Of a stretch of DNA of 64,000 nucleotides, positions 60,956-64,000 are shown one piece after another (the first letter of the stretch is position 1; each line of letters opens with the position of its first letter). Made by a program: the position numbers and the translations under genes. The notes under the pieces were generated by a model. It searched no databases. It saw only the letters and a program-made list of their open reading frames with translations, and had not been told where the DNA came from. The DNA comes from Hemiscyllium ocellatum (lineage: Eukaryota). Location: assembly GCF_020745735.1 (NCBI RefSeq), contig NC_083418.1, positions 49,679,776-49,743,775 on the forward strand, in the 5' to 3' direction.

Positions 60956-63269
60956 GTATATTTTATATTTTGATGCACTTGTACATGAAGTCTGGTTTAT
61001 GTTAGAAAATGCAGATATAAAACAAACACTGAAATTGTACTGTTATTATACATGAAGGTTAAAGTATTCATTTGAAATTCTTCTGTGGTTTACAGTTAAT
61101 GGCTCTGATGAAGGAGGCAAAGGGGAATTTTGAACTGAACGGTCTTTTGTCTGTCTTAATTTCAGGTTGAAGATTTATATGGTTCATATATTTAAACTGA
61201 AATTTCAGTGCCTCTGTTTAGGTGGTAATCTGAAATTTATGTTAAGTAAATAATCCTTCTTGAAAGTTGTGTTTCTGGAGTTTGATGGCTGCATTAAGTT
61301 TGACTAAAGTTCTCTATAATGACCAGTTTTCCAAAACTGAATTTCAAGTTTGGAATTTCAACAAAGCTGAGCAAAATGTGAAATGATGGTTATAGCCTGT
61401 GGAGCTTTCTGGAAAAATTTGAAGGAAAACTTCATTATCAGAAGAGCCCTGAGCAGTTCAGGAATTGCAATTGTATTGGGTGTGTTGCCTTTCTACAAGT
61501 TTGACTGTCAACAGTTTTGAAAAGCTCTATTGTAGTGGTAAAGCATTGAAAATAAACAATGTGTCATGAGATTTGCTCTTTTTAGCTACAGGGAAAGAAA
61601 TGGCAACTTTGGTTAAATACTTCACCTCCCTTTTATGTTCCTACATAATTTCTGCTAGCTTTCTAAATAGTAAGGGGCAGTTGTAGCAATGGGCCATACT
61701 TTGCTTAGAAGAAAAGACAACTTTTTGTTGACAAATACAAAGTAACCTGCAACTTGTAATGAGGAAGTTATATCTTCTAAATTGAGAACTAGTGTCTTTT
61801 CACATGCTTTCTAAAGAAATCTTTCTTTCCTAACTTGATTTAATATTCAGTTAACCAGATTATTTCATGTTCCTTCTCTGGCTTTCTCACTACTTAGGAA
61901 AATAAGCTGTTTGTTCTGCTTTACACTAATGTCCCACGTACTCTTCATTTGTTGCTTTGTTTTCTGATCATATCTCAGCAAACTTATATTTAAAATGCTC
62001 TAAAGCTCTCTACAGTAGCAAAAATCTTGTCCAGTACCTTTGGAACTTGGGCAATATTCCCAACATATCACTTAAGCTGGGACAATGGTTTGCTGTTAAT
62101 GATTTGTTCGTTTTCAGCATAAATATACTGCAAACATTGATAATGTCTTGCTACCTCTGTCCCTTTTAATCAGTCTGTCCTCCTGTTTCAACTTTATCCA
62201 CCTATCTAGTCTTTCTTCTTCTCCTGCCTTATTAATGCTTAACTTCTCCAGTTGTTTGAAGGTTGTTGTATATTTGTTTCAAATATCTGCTTTTCAATCT
62301 TCTTCCTTCTAAGTTGGGTAAACAGCCCTTTGGATTTTTGAATTCTATTCATGATCCAACTCGATCACTTCTTTCTATCCTTCCAACTGACTATCCTCTG
62401 CCACACATGTTTCAAAAGTTGTTTACTTTCTGTCATCATCTTTCTTCAGAATCAACCTTTCACATTCCATAGAGTGTGACATTCCCCGCTTCTGACTGCA
62501 AGATTGCTTTTCAGCATCATGTTGATGGATTTGGATTTAAGATACTACTTATGTAAATTAATTTGTAAATTACTAAAGTAATTTGAGTTTCATTCTTGGT
62601 GTTTATCATCAAGGTGATTGAAATTGGTGGTGTTAATATTTTTATATTAATTCTAGGTTATCTTGAACGATCCAGGATTCCTAACTTAGTTAAACAAACG
62701 AACAAAAATCTATTACGTAACCTCAAACCATTCTTCTGCAAGAACTCTCCCAATATCCCAACAAAATTAATTTCAACTCCAACCTAACTAATTAGCTATT
62801 TTTCAGTCACATCATTTCCAGAGAGAGATTTGTGATCAAATTTTATTTTTCTCTTCTCATGTTACTCTTTCTCCTTCCAGTTCCACACGAACCCATGCTG
62901 TCTGCCTGCATTTTGCAAATGTTGCTGACACAAAATCCTAAGTAATAGGACTATACGTTGACCGTACTAACCTGCACTTTCATACTTCACACTCAGTGGT
63001 TACAATGCAGAAGGGTTGTTATTTGACCCATCATGCCAGCACCTGCTCTCTGAATGTTTTAAAATAATTCCAATCCTTTGCTGTTCCTCAACCATGTGTT
63101 CTTTTTCTAATGTTGGTACTGTGTGGATTAGTTGCTTGAAGTCACTGTCTAATAAACGGAGGATCCTGGGTCCACATTACAACAATGCCAAATATTTTGC
63201 TAGATGGCAGGTTTGCAATATACAGTGATGAGAGGTTACTATCTCACGCGCTCTCTTGCTCTCTTTCTC

Positions 63270-63900
63270 GAAATGTAGCCCTATGGTGGTTTTACCTTTT
63301 ACTTTTATTTAAATAATCATGTAATACTGTATTGAATGCTTCAATTGAACCTGTCTGCATCACACTTCTCGGAAGAACATTTCAGATCCTAGTCATTCAC
63401 TGTGTAGAACAGTTTATTCTTATTGTGAATTTGTTTCTTCTTGCAAATTTTTAAAAACTGTTGCCTCTGATTCTCAATCCTCTTACAAAGTGTCTCAACA
63501 TACTAAAATGTTCTTTCAGATCTCCTCTGTCTGAAAAAAACTGTCCCTACGGTTTCTCATCCTGGAATATTCTCATAAATCTCTTCTATGAACTCTTTAG
63601 TGTAATCACATCTGTCTTAGGGTGAGGTGCCCAGAACTGTGCACAATACTGTAGATGATGTACAACTTGGGTCCTTTATATGATCAGCCCAGCATCCATC
63701 TGTTATGCACAATGACCCATTAATGAAACCTAGAAAATTGTATGCCTTGTTAACAACTATCATGAACTGACCTGCTACCTTTTAATGACTTATCTTTATA
63801 TACACACACCTGTTCCTGCACACCCTTTAGAATAATACTGTTTTACATTACTCTCTCTCTATTCTTTGTACTAAGATGTATTAACTCCCACTTCTCTGCA
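63270..63900 (-). mobile_element. Old CR1 LINE fragment
   Basis: Degenerate gtgcccagaactg..acaatact..gtacaact signature shared with other CR1 copies. Confidence 0.55.
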
Positions 63901-64000
63901 TTGGATAAACATATGGATAATAATGGAATAGTGTAGGTTAGATGGGCTTCAGATTGGTTTCATAGATTGGCGCAACATAGAGGGCCAAAGGGCCTGTACT

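Noticed and set aside
61586-61669. In-phase 84-nt candidate exon ATGKEMATLVKYFTSLLCSYIISASFLN as the gene 2 TM exon
   Set aside because: It has plausible AG and GTAAGG sites, but the hydrophobic stretch is short, contains Lys and lacks a basic stop-transfer. Not supportable without transcripts.

Overview
Eukaryotic, repeat-rich DNA, very probably from a cartilaginous fish (inferred from elasmobranch-type HE1 and Deu SINEs, abundant CR1 LINEs and Penelope elements). The + strand carries two tandem intron-containing NCR3LG1 (B7-H6)-like IgSF genes. Gene 1 has its leader and V exons upstream of the window. In the window it has a C1-set Ig exon (9201-9518), a TM exon ending in RRR (12197-12307), then four C1-like Ig exons, a triplicated 48-nt micro-exon, a fifth Cys-rich Ig exon and a possible terminal exon near 41100. 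That puts about 630 aa of Ig domains after the membrane anchor, and three of the five post-TM domains lack the canonical Ig disulphide, as expected for cytosolic domains. Gene 2 has a CpG-rich promoter with an ISRE, a signal-peptide exon (54174-54246), a B7-H6-type V exon (58088-58450) and a C1 exon (60635-60955); it probably continues beyond the window. Introns and the intergenic region hold a near-full-length CR1, a decayed gag-pro-pol-env endogenous retrovirus, an LTR element with a tRNA-Asn PBS and coiled-coil gag, palindromic Penelope (GIY-YIG) elements carrying minimal hammerhead-ribozyme cores, a Harbinger relic and many SINEs. All calls were made by eye. Family assignments rest on remembered motifs, not database searches, and repeat boundaries are approximate.
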